The position numbers and the translations under genes were made by a program. A DNA stretch of 64,000 nucleotides from a bacterium (GTDB lineage Bacteria > Zhuqueibacterota > Zhuqueibacteria > Residuimicrobiales > Krinioviventaceae): the NCBI GenBank assembly GCA_963675755.2, contig CAXXMD010000003.1, forward strand, positions 2,880,001 to 2,944,000, given 5' to 3'. Positions 45,870-56,741 of this stretch are shown piece after piece. The notes below the pieces were generated by a model. That model did no database searches. It was not told the origin of the DNA and saw only the letters and a program-made list of their open reading frames with translations. The stretch's first letter is position 1. Every line of letters starts with the position of its first letter.

Positions 45870-47375
45870 ATGGTTTCAAAAGATTTGATCTATCTTTTTG
45901 TTTTTTTTATGATTTTATTTGGTCTGGTGATGACTGCTGATGTAATCAGGAAACGGCTTGGCTGGCCTCCGGAATCGACCCGCAAGTTTGTTCATATTTT
46001 TGTAGGGATTGTGGTTGTTTACACTCCATTCGTTTTAAGCAGTATGTGGCCCATGATTATACTGGGAAGCCTGTTTGCCGTGTTGGACTTGATTGCTGTT
46101 AACAAGACCTGGTTCACCGGAATGCATGGTACAAAACGACATTCTTATGGAACTGTATTTTACCCTGTTTCTTTTGTAATACTGGTTTACTTTTTTTGGA
46201 ATCGCGATCAACTCGTATTGATCACTGCTATGATGATTATGGCCGTTGCAGATGCTCTGGCCGCCATTGTGGGCGAGCGCCTGGGAAAGACAACATTAAT
46301 GGATATAGGGCTCGAAAAAAAGTCCTGGGCAGGAACATTTACCATGATGCTTTCTTCAGCAGTTATTACTTATTTGTGCATCCATTTTATAGGCTATCTG
46401 AGTCCTGCTGTTGTTTTGCCCATGCAAATGATCTGGATCTCTTTGATGGTGGGAACAGTGGCAGCCGCATGTGAAATGATTTCCAGGAACGGATCAGACA
46501 ATCTTACCGTGCCCTTGGGTTCGGCATTTGTGCTTGAATACCTGCTGTACAATAGTCAATCTGATATGATGCTTTTTGCTTTGGGTATGGTGCTTGCATT
46601 GATAGTCGCGCTGTTGTCTTTTCGCTTTAAATTTCTTGATGCGGGCGGCTCGGTTGGAACCTTCCTGTTGGGTACTTTGGTTTTTGGTATTGGAGGGTGG
46701 AGTTTTACCTTGCCAATACTGACATTTTTTGTATTATCCAGTTTGATTTCAAAAATAGGCAAGCGTAGAAAACAAAAACTGTTACAGGTTTTTGAAAAGA
46801 GTGGTCAAAGAGATATTTGGCAGGTCCTTGCCAATGGTGGCGTACCGGGGCTGCTTGTTATTGTGTGGAGTTTTTATCCGCATGATCTGGTGTATTTGTT
46901 TTATGTAGGTGCGCTTGCAGCGGTTATGGCAGATACCTGGAGTACTGAAATTGGTGTTTTGTCAAAGCAGGAGCCCGTTTCTGTAATAACGTTTAAAAAA
47001 GTAGATATGGGGACTTCGGGCGGAATTACCCTGCTGGGCACATTGGGTGGATTGCTGGGTGCTTCAATTCTTGTGTTTACGGGATGGCTAAGCGGACCGC
47101 ATTCTTCACCTGCTATTATTGGTAGTAAAGAGATAATTGTTTTGGTTGCAGCAGGACTGCTGGCTGGTTTGATTGATAGCATTTTGGGTGCAACAGTTCA
47201 AGCCAAGTTCAGGTGTGCTGAATGCAAAAAGATAACAGAAAAAAAGGTGCATTGTAACGATATAACCACACAGCATGACAGCGGATATAGATGGATCAAT
47301 AATGATGTGGTAAATTTATTCTGTGCAATCAGCAGTTCAGGATTTATCCTGCTCTTTTGGTTGTTACTATATTGA
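45870..47375 (+). CDS. Fusion of a phytol/dolichol kinase-like domain and DUF92 (TMEM19/VTE6-like) domain
   Basis: N-half TRKFVHI, ADALAAIVG, KKSWAG, DNLTVP; C-half RDIWQVLANGG, ADTWSTEIG, GTSGGIT, DSILGATVQ, NNDVVN. Confidence 0.82.
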   Translation: MVSKDLIYLFVFFMILFGLVMTADVIRKRLGWPPESTRKFVHIFVGIVVVYTPFVLSSMWPMIILGSLFAVLDLIAVNKTWFTGMHGTKRHSYGTVFYPVSFVILVYFFWNRDQLVLITAMMIMAVADALAAIVGERLGKTTLMDIGLEKKSWAGTFTMMLSSAVITYLCIHFIGYLSPAVVLPMQMIWISLMVGTVAAACEMISRNGSDNLTVPLGSAFVLEYLLYNSQSDMMLFALGMVLALIVALLSFRFKFLDAGGSVGTFLLGTLVFGIGGWSFTLPILTFFVLSSLISKIGKRRKQKLLQVFEKSGQRDIWQVLANGGVPGLLVIVWSFYPHDLVYLFYVGALAAVMADTWSTEIGVLSKQEPVSVITFKKVDMGTSGGITLLGTLGGLLGASILVFTGWLSGPHSSPAIIGSKEIIVLVAAGLLAGLIDSILGATVQAKFRCAECKKITEKKVHCNDITTQHDSGYRWINNDVVNLFCAISSSGFILLFWLLLY

Positions 47376-47469
47376 AATGATGTGACAATTTTTTCTCTTT
47401 TTCTTTTCATAAAAACATGTTATATTAGATTTTTAATATATTTTAGATATATGAATAATAAAATAATGA

Positions 47470-48783
<1,314 letters not shown>

Positions 48784-48797
48784 TTTTTGTTATCTTG

Positions 48798-48822
48798 GCC
48801 CTGGGATTTTCCCAGGGCTTTT
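48798..48822 (+). terminator. Intrinsic terminator after eno
   Basis: GCCCTGGGA/TCCCAGGGC hairpin followed by TTTT. Confidence 0.75.
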
Positions 48823-48842
48823 AATTTAAACGATCAAGTGAT

Positions 48843-49145
48843 ATGAGAGTACCGTATTCAGACAAATTGCAAGCTATTCTCAAACCTTCAGTGTTATATT
48901 GGGGTATAATACTGACAATCGTTTATTCTTTTGTTTTTGGAAACACCGGGTTTATTAAGCTCTATCGATTATGGAATGAAAGCAAGCGTTTGGAAAAAGA
49001 AATAACCGTTGCTCAAAAACAAAATGAATTTTTAAAGCAGGAGGTTGAGCAGCTATCCGATCCTAACGATTTATCACGTATAGAGCTTGAGGCCAGAAAA
49101 CTGGGGATGGCAGCAAAAGATGAAGTGGTTATTATGGTAAGATAA
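48843..49145 (+). CDS. ftsB: Septum formation initiator FtsB/DivIC family
   Basis: TM helix, FG..G, coiled coil, IE..AR.LGM...E; conserved position after eno. Confidence 0.75.
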   Translation: MRVPYSDKLQAILKPSVLYWGIILTIVYSFVFGNTGFIKLYRLWNESKRLEKEITVAQKQNEFLKQEVEQLSDPNDLSRIELEARKLGMAAKDEVVIMVR

Positions 49146-49172
49146 GACAGTCTGTCGATTGCAAAGGTCATC

Positions 49173-51095
49173 ATGAAAGGAATTGCCGCATCTAACTTTA
49201 AGCCAGTGCATTCTGCAGCAACCGGCTTATTTTTCAAGTGTATGATTGCGGTTTTTTTGTTTCTAGCAGTATCACCCAATTCAAATTTATTTTCCCAAAC
49301 AGTTGGTTTACAATACCCCACAGGTAATGGCAGTAATATTCGGTTTAAGCAGGAATTTAATACCTATATCTGGAATTTTAATGTCAATGCTTTTCAAATT
49401 GTTCATAATCGATGGCAGTTTAAAATCAGTGAGAATTTTAGAACATCTCTTTTAAACACCAGTTCAACCGTGGATAAATGGAAAGATGATCAGACTTTGG
49501 ATGTGGGATTAAACTATTTATTGTCTCCTCAATTTACTCTAAATTCACGTGTTAATTCTGTCGTTTTTATGGACAAACAATCCGGGTTTACCAATGATAT
49601 ACGCACTCACTATGGTAATATCGGATTAACTTATACTCCCACAAATAATATAATGGCTTCAATAGCCGCTGGTCCCAAATGGGACAAGCGCTATGAACAA
49701 AATGATCAGGGATATAATTATTCAATACACACCCAGGCAGTTGACCTGGATTGGGAAGAGTATCAAAACAGCCTTGATTTTGTTCTGGAAAATGAAAAAT
49801 ATGAAAAACGACAAAATTATGATGTGAATTTAAATTATACCGCGTTTAGAGAATTTTCACCCGGCACACGTGATTCTTTGAATGTGTTTACCAATAATCA
49901 GCGCAGGGACAATTATACTTCTTTTTCCGGAGATATAGAAAGCCTGCGAGAGCAGGTAAGAGGTATCAATAATACATTGAGCTATAAAATAGGTGACCAT
50001 GTAAACATGACTTTGAACAGTGGTCTCTATTTTAAAAATGTAGAAATTTTATCTTTTTTGAATCAAAATGAGGAAAAACGACGTAAAAGGAATGACCAGA
50101 GAATCAGTCAGGATGTTTACTGGCATCTCAATTATCCCGGTTTGACAAACTATTTACAGTTTTCATACTGGACGCAGAACCAATCGTATGATATAGAGTT
50201 GACAAATACCAATGTGCCTTTTTCACAACGCACGGCATTTGTAACTCCTGACAATGAAAGCAGCCGAATTATGATGGTTGGAGGTTTGGGTAAAAATATA
50301 ACCAAAAAGGATTCATTGTATTCATATGTATCTATAAGTAAATATCAATATGATACACCCGATACATCAAACTTTGATGACCGTGATGAATTGCGCATCA
50401 ACTCAAGAATTATTGCATTTCACAATTTTAATGCTATATTGAGTATGGAACTTCAGGCCAGTTTAAACTTGTATCATATGGTTTATATTTTTGGTGAAAG
50501 AAGTGCTGATAACAATTGGAACCGGATATTTATGTTAAGGCCGGTATTTCATGTAACACCCAATAATAGATTTAAACTGCGTCAATCATTTGAAGTGCTT
50601 GCGAATTATGTAGATTATGATTTTGATGACATGTATACACAAACCAAAAGTTTTGTGTTCCGCAAGTTTTCTATTGATGATTCGTTGCAATACCGGCTAT
50701 CACGACGTACGCTCTTTCAAATGGACTATCGTTTGCAGCTTGAAGAAAATGGTCAGCTTTCCTGGGACGATTGGACAGAAAGGGTGTTGGTTACCCGCAA
50801 TAAACAGTGGTTGCATGCATTATATGGATATGAACCCAGAGAGTATTTTACTATAAGCTCTGGTTACAGCTACTATATTCGGGAAGAATGGCGTCATAAT
50901 ACAACCGTAGAGGGTGTTGAGGAAAAGGAAAAATTTGGAGTCTATACAAGCCAGGGACCGATTTTAAGGTTCCAATATGCCCCGTCAAGCAGGAGCCGGT
51001 TAATACTGGATGCAGTGAGATATAAAGTAAATCCCCCGGATCAGACGGAATATTACATTAATAATATAGAGTTACAATTAAACTGGGTCTTTTGA
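49173..51095 (+). CDS. Hypothetical outer-membrane beta-barrel protein
   Basis: Signal-like N-terminus, alternating beta-strand pattern, C-terminal LQLNWVF beta-signal; start may be a later Met. Confidence 0.6.
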   Translation: MKGIAASNFKPVHSAATGLFFKCMIAVFLFLAVSPNSNLFSQTVGLQYPTGNGSNIRFKQEFNTYIWNFNVNAFQIVHNRWQFKISENFRTSLLNTSSTVDKWKDDQTLDVGLNYLLSPQFTLNSRVNSVVFMDKQSGFTNDIRTHYGNIGLTYTPTNNIMASIAAGPKWDKRYEQNDQGYNYSIHTQAVDLDWEEYQNSLDFVLENEKYEKRQNYDVNLNYTAFREFSPGTRDSLNVFTNNQRRDNYTSFSGDIESLREQVRGINNTLSYKIGDHVNMTLNSGLYFKNVEILSFLNQNEEKRRKRNDQRISQDVYWHLNYPGLTNYLQFSYWTQNQSYDIELTNTNVPFSQRTAFVTPDNESSRIMMVGGLGKNITKKDSLYSYVSISKYQYDTPDTSNFDDRDELRINSRIIAFHNFNAILSMELQASLNLYHMVYIFGERSADNNWNRIFMLRPVFHVTPNNRFKLRQSFEVLANYVDYDFDDMYTQTKSFVFRKFSIDDSLQYRLSRRTLFQMDYRLQLEENGQLSWDDWTERVLVTRNKQWLHALYGYEPREYFTISSGYSYYIREEWRHNTTVEGVEEKEKFGVYTSQGPILRFQYAPSSRSRLILDAVRYKVNPPDQTEYYINNIELQLNWVF

Positions 51096-51117
51096 TCTGG
51101 TATTTTGACTTGGAGAA

Positions 51118-51558
51118 ATGGGATTGAACAGGAAAAAGGAAAATATAGAGCTGATGGAAATCGTCAGTAAACCTGAGAATATTAATCAGGTTGAAGCACG
51201 AACTGAACACTTGGCCAAAGAGTTGGGTTTTAATGAAGATGATTGTGTAAGCCTGGGGATTGCTGTAACTGAAGTTGTGGCAAATGCAATAACACATGGA
51301 AATAAAAGGGACCAAAACAAAAAAGTTAAAGTTAAATTTGTTTATACTGACAAAGTTTTCGAGATACATATCAGAGATCAGGGACCCGGCTTTAAACCGG
51401 ATTCTATAGATGATCCTTTAAAACCTGAAAATTTGTTAAAAGAAAGTGGACGAGGTATTTTTATTGTAAGATCTTTGATGGACAAGGTTGAATATAATTT
51501 TTTCAAAGATGGCAGTGAAGTTGTCCTAATCAAAAACATTCCTTCCCCCAAAAAGTGA
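51118..51558 (+). CDS. RsbW-like anti-sigma factor / Ser kinase (HATPase_c_2)
   Basis: AVTEVVANAITHGN, DQGPGF, ESGRGIFIVRSLMD. Confidence 0.85.
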   Translation: MGLNRKKENIELMEIVSKPENINQVEARTEHLAKELGFNEDDCVSLGIAVTEVVANAITHGNKRDQNKKVKVKFVYTDKVFEIHIRDQGPGFKPDSIDDPLKPENLLKESGRGIFIVRSLMDKVEYNFFKDGSEVVLIKNIPSPKK

Positions 51559-52763
51559 TTGGTAAAATTTTGAAAAATTTGGTGCGAAATTATTACCTGA
51601 ATATATTATTTCTGTTTGTGTTGTGTATAGCTCCTCAGGTATTGGGTCAATTTGGCTATGAAAAATTTGATGATGACCCCTATACAGAATACAAGCCTAT
51701 TGATTTTTTCTCCCAGCCTTATTACAATCGGGTAGAGGGGGTGGTATTACATGGTGGTGTTTTTTTACGTCAGGTCCCGGTTCTGCCTATTGTTACCAGT
51801 GTAGAACTTGCATTTGCAACCCGAACAAACAGCTGGCATTATAATTTTGGACTACAGCAATGGTTATTTACCAACAGCCGGCGCATGTTGGTGCGCATGA
51901 ATTTTTTTCAAGAAACGCGTACAAATGATTCCTGGAAAATAGGTCGTATGGAAAACTCCCTTGCGGGTGTATTCATGCATGAAGATTTTCATAATCATTA
52001 TGCTGTAAAGGGCTTTAGTATTGCTGCTGATCAAAAAGTGTTTCGCAGAAATTTATTAAGAATTATTTATTCTCAACATCGATACTCTAGTATGCCAGTT
52101 AATACCAGTTTTGCCGGTTCTTTGTTTGATTGGTCAAAATCGTATGCACCTAACCCTGCAATTACAGAAGGGGATGAACGCAGTGTTCAGGTGAGGATGC
52201 TGATTGATGAACGCGATAATGCCTTTTTCCCTACAAGCGGATTTTATTTTGAAGGAGTTTATGAACGTACTTTTGGAGATTTTGTAACCAATGGTATCTT
52301 TATAAATTCTGTAATTTATTATCCCACAATCAATACACAGAAATTTATTCTGGTAGGCAATTTAGGACTACGTAAAGGCAGCCTGGCCCATCAGCATTTA
52401 ATGACTATTGGAGGTATTGGCAGCCTGCGGGCTTTTTCGGACCATTACCATATTGGTCAAAATCTGGCCATGTACCGAATTGTATATCATTTTGGTGGTT
52501 ATTTTTTCCAAAAAGCTCCGTTCAAATATATGCCTACCAGTGATGCCGCATCATTTGCTGTTTTCTGGGAAAGTGGAAATGCCTGGTATGCTGATAAACC
52601 TAAAAATCGGATATATCATGGTATTTTCAAACCTCAACTTTTAGGTGACGCGGGAATGTCATTGTTGCTTGCTGATGGTATTTTGCGTGTGGATATAGCT
52701 CGTCAATTACTGAATGGTGATGGGGACTGGCGTTTAACTTTTAGGCTTTTTAACAAACTATAG
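51555..52763 (+). CDS. Omp85/BamA-TamA-like barrel protein lacking an obvious POTRA domain
   Basis: YNRVEG, DERDN.FFPTSG, GG.GSLRAF, FWESG.AW, LRVDIA. Confidence 0.65.
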   Translation: MIGKILKNLVRNYYLNILFLFVLCIAPQVLGQFGYEKFDDDPYTEYKPIDFFSQPYYNRVEGVVLHGGVFLRQVPVLPIVTSVELAFATRTNSWHYNFGLQQWLFTNSRRMLVRMNFFQETRTNDSWKIGRMENSLAGVFMHEDFHNHYAVKGFSIAADQKVFRRNLLRIIYSQHRYSSMPVNTSFAGSLFDWSKSYAPNPAITEGDERSVQVRMLIDERDNAFFPTSGFYFEGVYERTFGDFVTNGIFINSVIYYPTINTQKFILVGNLGLRKGSLAHQHLMTIGGIGSLRAFSDHYHIGQNLAMYRIVYHFGGYFFQKAPFKYMPTSDAASFAVFWESGNAWYADKPKNRIYHGIFKPQLLGDAGMSLLLADGILRVDIARQLLNGDGDWRLTFRLFNKL

Positions 52764-52769
52764 GCATTT

Positions 52770-54086
52770 ATGCGTTTAACCATTTTCTCAATAACTATAA
52801 TTCTGTTACTTGTTAATTGTGCTTTTTCTCAGGATGATCAACAGAATGATTTGGATGAAGAATTTGAATCATTAATGATTTTGGGTTTTGATGTTATTGG
52901 CAATACCTATACCAGAGACATTGTAATTACCCGCGAGTTAAAAATGCAGATAGGTGATCTTTATGAAGAAGATCGTCTGATTGAAGACCAGAAACGTATT
53001 CAAAACTTGAATCTTTTCAGCAGAGTTGAAATGGTGCCGGTGTTTAATCAGGATGGTGTTATAATACAGATCCTGGTATCTGAACGCTGGCATATTTTTC
53101 CGTATCCCATTTTGTATAGAAACGAAAGGGATTGGAGCAAGCTTTCTTATGGGGCGGGTATTTTTCATGATAATTTCAGAGGATTGCGTAATTTTGTCAA
53201 TACTTCCTTTTGGCTTGGTTATAATCCCGGTATGGATGTATACTACTCGAATCCCTGGTTTGGCGGCAAACATAAATTGAATTACAAGTTTTCGGCTTAT
53301 TCCAGAACCATTCGAAGCAAGGGACTGGAATATGACCGTTTTGATGAAAAACATCATGGCGCTACATTAACCTTTGGTAATAGATGGGGATACCATCTCT
53401 ATTTGTCCATGTCCTTAGGATTCAGGCAAGTATCTTTGCCTGTCGAGTATCGGTTTTTAAATTATTCAAATAGCAAGACGGACAGATTGCCTTCTTTTGG
53501 ATTTGCTATTAAATACGATAAACGAGATTTATGGGAGTATCCCAAAAGCGGTTTCTTTGCCGAGTTATATGTCAATAAAATTACAAACGCATCATATATA
53601 GATTATTTGCGATACGGAGCCGATTTGCGCAAATATTTCAATATGTTCAAAGATATTTCTATCGGATTTTATGGACGTGCTGATTTATCAACCGGCAGTG
53701 TGCCATATTATGACAAGATATATCTGGGGTATGCTTACCGTATCCGTGGCGAGTTTGATACACGTATGGAGGGAGATAACAGAGCTATTGGGCGAGTAGA
53801 ATTGCGTTTCCCCATCATTCCTGTAAAATATTTTGATTTATCAGAACAGGGTTATGATTTTGGGTCCTACAGTAATAATTTGCCGTTTGGTGTCAGCGGC
53901 GGATTGTTTTTTGATACGGGTACAACCTGGAATAGAAATACAAGTATTACAGATCAAACACGTTTAAATGGATTTGGCCTGGGACTGCATTTCCATGTCC
54001 CATATGTACAATTATTACGAGTAGAATATGCATGGAACTCTGATTTTGAACCACAACTCATTACAGATATAGGAGTTGCCTTTTGA
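52770..54086 (+). CDS. Omp85/BamA-TamA family protein with one POTRA domain
   Basis: GNTYTRDIVITREL, NLNLFS.V, V.ERW, YDKRD..EYP..G, IRG, FFDTG, terminal F. Confidence 0.8.
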   Translation: MRLTIFSITIILLLVNCAFSQDDQQNDLDEEFESLMILGFDVIGNTYTRDIVITRELKMQIGDLYEEDRLIEDQKRIQNLNLFSRVEMVPVFNQDGVIIQILVSERWHIFPYPILYRNERDWSKLSYGAGIFHDNFRGLRNFVNTSFWLGYNPGMDVYYSNPWFGGKHKLNYKFSAYSRTIRSKGLEYDRFDEKHHGATLTFGNRWGYHLYLSMSLGFRQVSLPVEYRFLNYSNSKTDRLPSFGFAIKYDKRDLWEYPKSGFFAELYVNKITNASYIDYLRYGADLRKYFNMFKDISIGFYGRADLSTGSVPYYDKIYLGYAYRIRGEFDTRMEGDNRAIGRVELRFPIIPVKYFDLSEQGYDFGSYSNNLPFGVSGGLFFDTGTTWNRNTSITDQTRLNGFGLGLHFHVPYVQLLRVEYAWNSDFEPQLITDIGVAF

Positions 54087-54814
54087 GTCGGATGCATTTT
54101 CAACAATACTATGTGGAACCCCAAAATGTTTCTCAAAATAGTCTGGAACTTGATGGTGATGAATTCAATCATGCTGTCAGGGTAATGCGTATGCAGGTTG
54201 GTGATTTTATATCTTTAACAGATGGTCAGGGTCAAATCTATGAAGGTGCAATATCTGTAATTGAAAAAAGATCATTAACCGTCGATATCCAAAATATTTT
54301 GCAAAATGAGGGAGAGCCAGCGTTACAACTGGTTCTTGCAGAGGCTGTATCAAAAGGCAGCGGATTCGATTGGGTTGTTGAAAAAGGGACTGAGATTGGT
54401 ATAAGCACTTTTCAACCCATAATAACAGAAAGATCGGTTGCCAAGCCTGAAAAAAATGACAGATGGCAAAAAAAGGCCCTTGCGGCAATCAAACAATGCG
54501 GCAGAAGCAAGTGCCCTCAAGTAAAAGAGCCTGTTGCGTTTAAAGAATGTTTAAAGCAATATCAAGACAGTTTATTATTTATTGCACATGAAAGTCATCA
54601 GGGAGTACCTGTTGATGAGATTCAAAGGGCTGTAGCCAGCAACCAACAGGTCGTCTTGTTTATTGGTCCTGAAGGTGGCTTTTCTCAATCCGAATTTGAA
54701 CTGGCACTGCAACATAATGCTATACCTCTCAATCTGGGACCCCGGCGATTGCGAAGCGAAACAGCTGCTATTGTAGCTGCTGTCAAACTTTTAGAATACT
54801 CGGATGATTTATAG
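54083..54814 (+). CDS. rsmE: 16S rRNA m3U1498 methyltransferase
   Basis: H..RVMR, EKGTEIG, KQCGR, IGPEGGFS, LGPRRLRSETA. Confidence 0.93.
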   Translation: MSRMHFQQYYVEPQNVSQNSLELDGDEFNHAVRVMRMQVGDFISLTDGQGQIYEGAISVIEKRSLTVDIQNILQNEGEPALQLVLAEAVSKGSGFDWVVEKGTEIGISTFQPIITERSVAKPEKNDRWQKKALAAIKQCGRSKCPQVKEPVAFKECLKQYQDSLLFIAHESHQGVPVDEIQRAVASNQQVVLFIGPEGGFSQSEFELALQHNAIPLNLGPRRLRSETAAIVAAVKLLEYSDDL

Positions 54815-54841
54815 TTGAATAATAAAAATACAGGAGGATAT

Positions 54842-55183
54842 ATGGATTGTATTTTTTGTAAAATTGCACAAAAAGAAATTCCCGCAACTATTGTTTATGA
54901 AGACAGTGATGTGGTAGCTTTTAAAGATTTAAATCCTCAGGCCCCAACGCATACGTTGGTAATCCCCAAAACGCATATTGCTACTCTTAACGATCTTGAA
55001 ACCGAAAACGCAGAGCTGGTTGGCAAAATGGTACTTGCGGCTAAAACAATAGCTGCTGAAAATGGCCATTCAGATGCCGGTTACCGACTGGTGTTAAATT
55101 GCAATGATGATGGCGGACAAACTGTATTTCATATTCACTGCCATGTTTTAGGTGGTAGAACAATGCAATGGCCTCCCGGTTAA
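54842..55183 (+). CDS. hinT: Histidine triad nucleotide-binding protein
   Basis: MDCIFCKI, PQAPTH.LVIPK, GQTVFHIHCHVLGGR...WPPG; AGGAGG RBS. Confidence 0.92.
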   Translation: MDCIFCKIAQKEIPATIVYEDSDVVAFKDLNPQAPTHTLVIPKTHIATLNDLETENAELVGKMVLAAKTIAAENGHSDAGYRLVLNCNDDGGQTVFHIHCHVLGGRTMQWPPG

Positions 55184-55280
55184 TTTAAGTCAAAAATACC
55201 TTGATTTTAACCTAAATTTTTTATAATTTTAAAGTTGAAAATGAACATTTAAAAACTTAGGAAAGGAGGTCGAGTACTTT

Positions 55281-55475
55281 ATGCCTGGAATCAGGGTAAG
55301 AGAAGGTGAACCCTTTGAAAGAGCGTTAAAACGTTTTACCAAATCTTGTGAAAAAGCGGGTCTGATGTCTGATATTAAAAAACATCAGCAATATGAAAAA
55401 CCCAGCGAATCTAAACGTCGTAAGGCTAATGTTGCCCGTCGCAAGATGCGCAAATTGCAAATGATGGAAAGATAA
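55281..55475 (+). CDS. rpsU: 30S ribosomal protein S21
   Basis: ERALKRF...EKAG, YEKPS; AAGGAGGT RBS. Confidence 0.95.
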   Translation: MPGIRVREGEPFERALKRFTKSCEKAGLMSDIKKHQQYEKPSESKRRKANVARRKMRKLQMMER

Positions 55476-55514
55476 TTTTTTGGTAATAATGTTGCCGTTT
55501 TAATTGGAGAAAAC

Positions 55515-55961
55515 ATGAGTTTTTTAACTCAGTTGACTGAAGATATGAAAGCCGCAATGAAGTCAGGCGATAAAGAGCGTCTGGGTACTATACGTCTATT
55601 GCGGGGACAAATCAAAGATGCTTCTATCGACAAGCGCAGTGAGCTTGATAAAGATGAAGAATTGGCTGTTTTGACCAGTGCCGCTAAAAAAAGACGCGAG
55701 TCTATTGAGGCATATAAAGCAGCAGGCCGGGATGATTTAGCTGATAAGGAACTAGTTGAATTAAAGATCATTGAAACCTATTTACCTGAACAGTTGTCTG
55801 AGCAGGATGTCGAAAAAATTGTGAATGAAGCAATTCAAGAGACGGGTGCACAGACCATCAAAGATTTAGGCAAGGTCATGCCGGCAATTATGTCCAAAGT
55901 CAAAGGACGTGCAGATGGAAAATTGGTAAATGAGCTTGTTAGAAAAAAACTGAGTATATAA
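55515..55961 (+). CDS. yqeY: GatB/YqeY domain protein
   Basis: DMKAAMKS, KKRRESIE.Y..AGR.DL, YLPEQLS, DLGKVM, GRADG. Confidence 0.9.
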   Translation: MSFLTQLTEDMKAAMKSGDKERLGTIRLLRGQIKDASIDKRSELDKDEELAVLTSAAKKRRESIEAYKAAGRDDLADKELVELKIIETYLPEQLSEQDVEKIVNEAIQETGAQTIKDLGKVMPAIMSKVKGRADGKLVNELVRKKLSI

Positions 55962-56059
55962 GTTGAAACGACAAATTTGAAAGTGGATAGAGTTGGGTTT
56001 TTTACCTATATTCTTTATTCACTTTTTTTTATTTACTATCATGCTAGCGGATTAAAATT

Positions 56060-56737
56060 ATGAACATTTTGGACTTTATTATCATTGGAATATTGACCTT
56101 GTTTGTATTTCTTGGTGCCCGGCGTGGTTTTATGGATGAAATTCTGGGTATTACCGGTTGGATCATTGCCATTATTTGTGCTGTAAAATTTGGGGGTACA
56201 CTTGCTGTAATAATCACCCGTCAGGTTCCCCAACTTCATATGATCAGTTCAGTTCTTGCTGGTTTGATGCTGTTGTTCGGCATTAGATATGCTTTTTTAC
56301 TGCTGATTGGAATGATTAAAAAGACAGCACCTGCTATAACAGAGAACAGTCTGAACAAAATTACCGGGGCTATATTGGGTTTTGTTCAGGGTATTCTTTT
56401 AATCAGTATATTGATTCTTTTATTATGGGTAATACCTTTTGGAAATAATGTAAATCGAGTGCAAAAGCAATCTGTTCTTTTGCCGCATATGGAAAAAGTA
56501 ACAGTTTTTCTGGTGAATTCTGTTGGGAATTTTATCCCCTATACTCAACCCATGATCGATAAATTGTATGATAGAATAGATAACAATAAATTAGATAAAG
56601 ATGGGCTTGAACCAAAAGATATTAAAGATCTGGGGAAAAAAGTTAACAAAATTGCAGATGAAGATCTTGTGGATAAAGATAAGCGTAAAGAAATGAAAGA
56701 GGCGGCCAGAAAGCTGGAAAAGGAGTTACGGAGATAA
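56060..56737 (+). CDS. CvpA family membrane protein
   Basis: MNILD.II, G.RRGF..E, LNK.TGA.LG; conserved adjacency to mutS2. Confidence 0.85.
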   Translation: MNILDFIIIGILTLFVFLGARRGFMDEILGITGWIIAIICAVKFGGTLAVIITRQVPQLHMISSVLAGLMLLFGIRYAFLLLIGMIKKTAPAITENSLNKITGAILGFVQGILLISILILLLWVIPFGNNVNRVQKQSVLLPHMEKVTVFLVNSVGNFIPYTQPMIDKLYDRIDNNKLDKDGLEPKDIKDLGKKVNKIADEDLVDKDKRKEMKEAARKLEKELRR

Positions 56738-56741
56738 ACAT

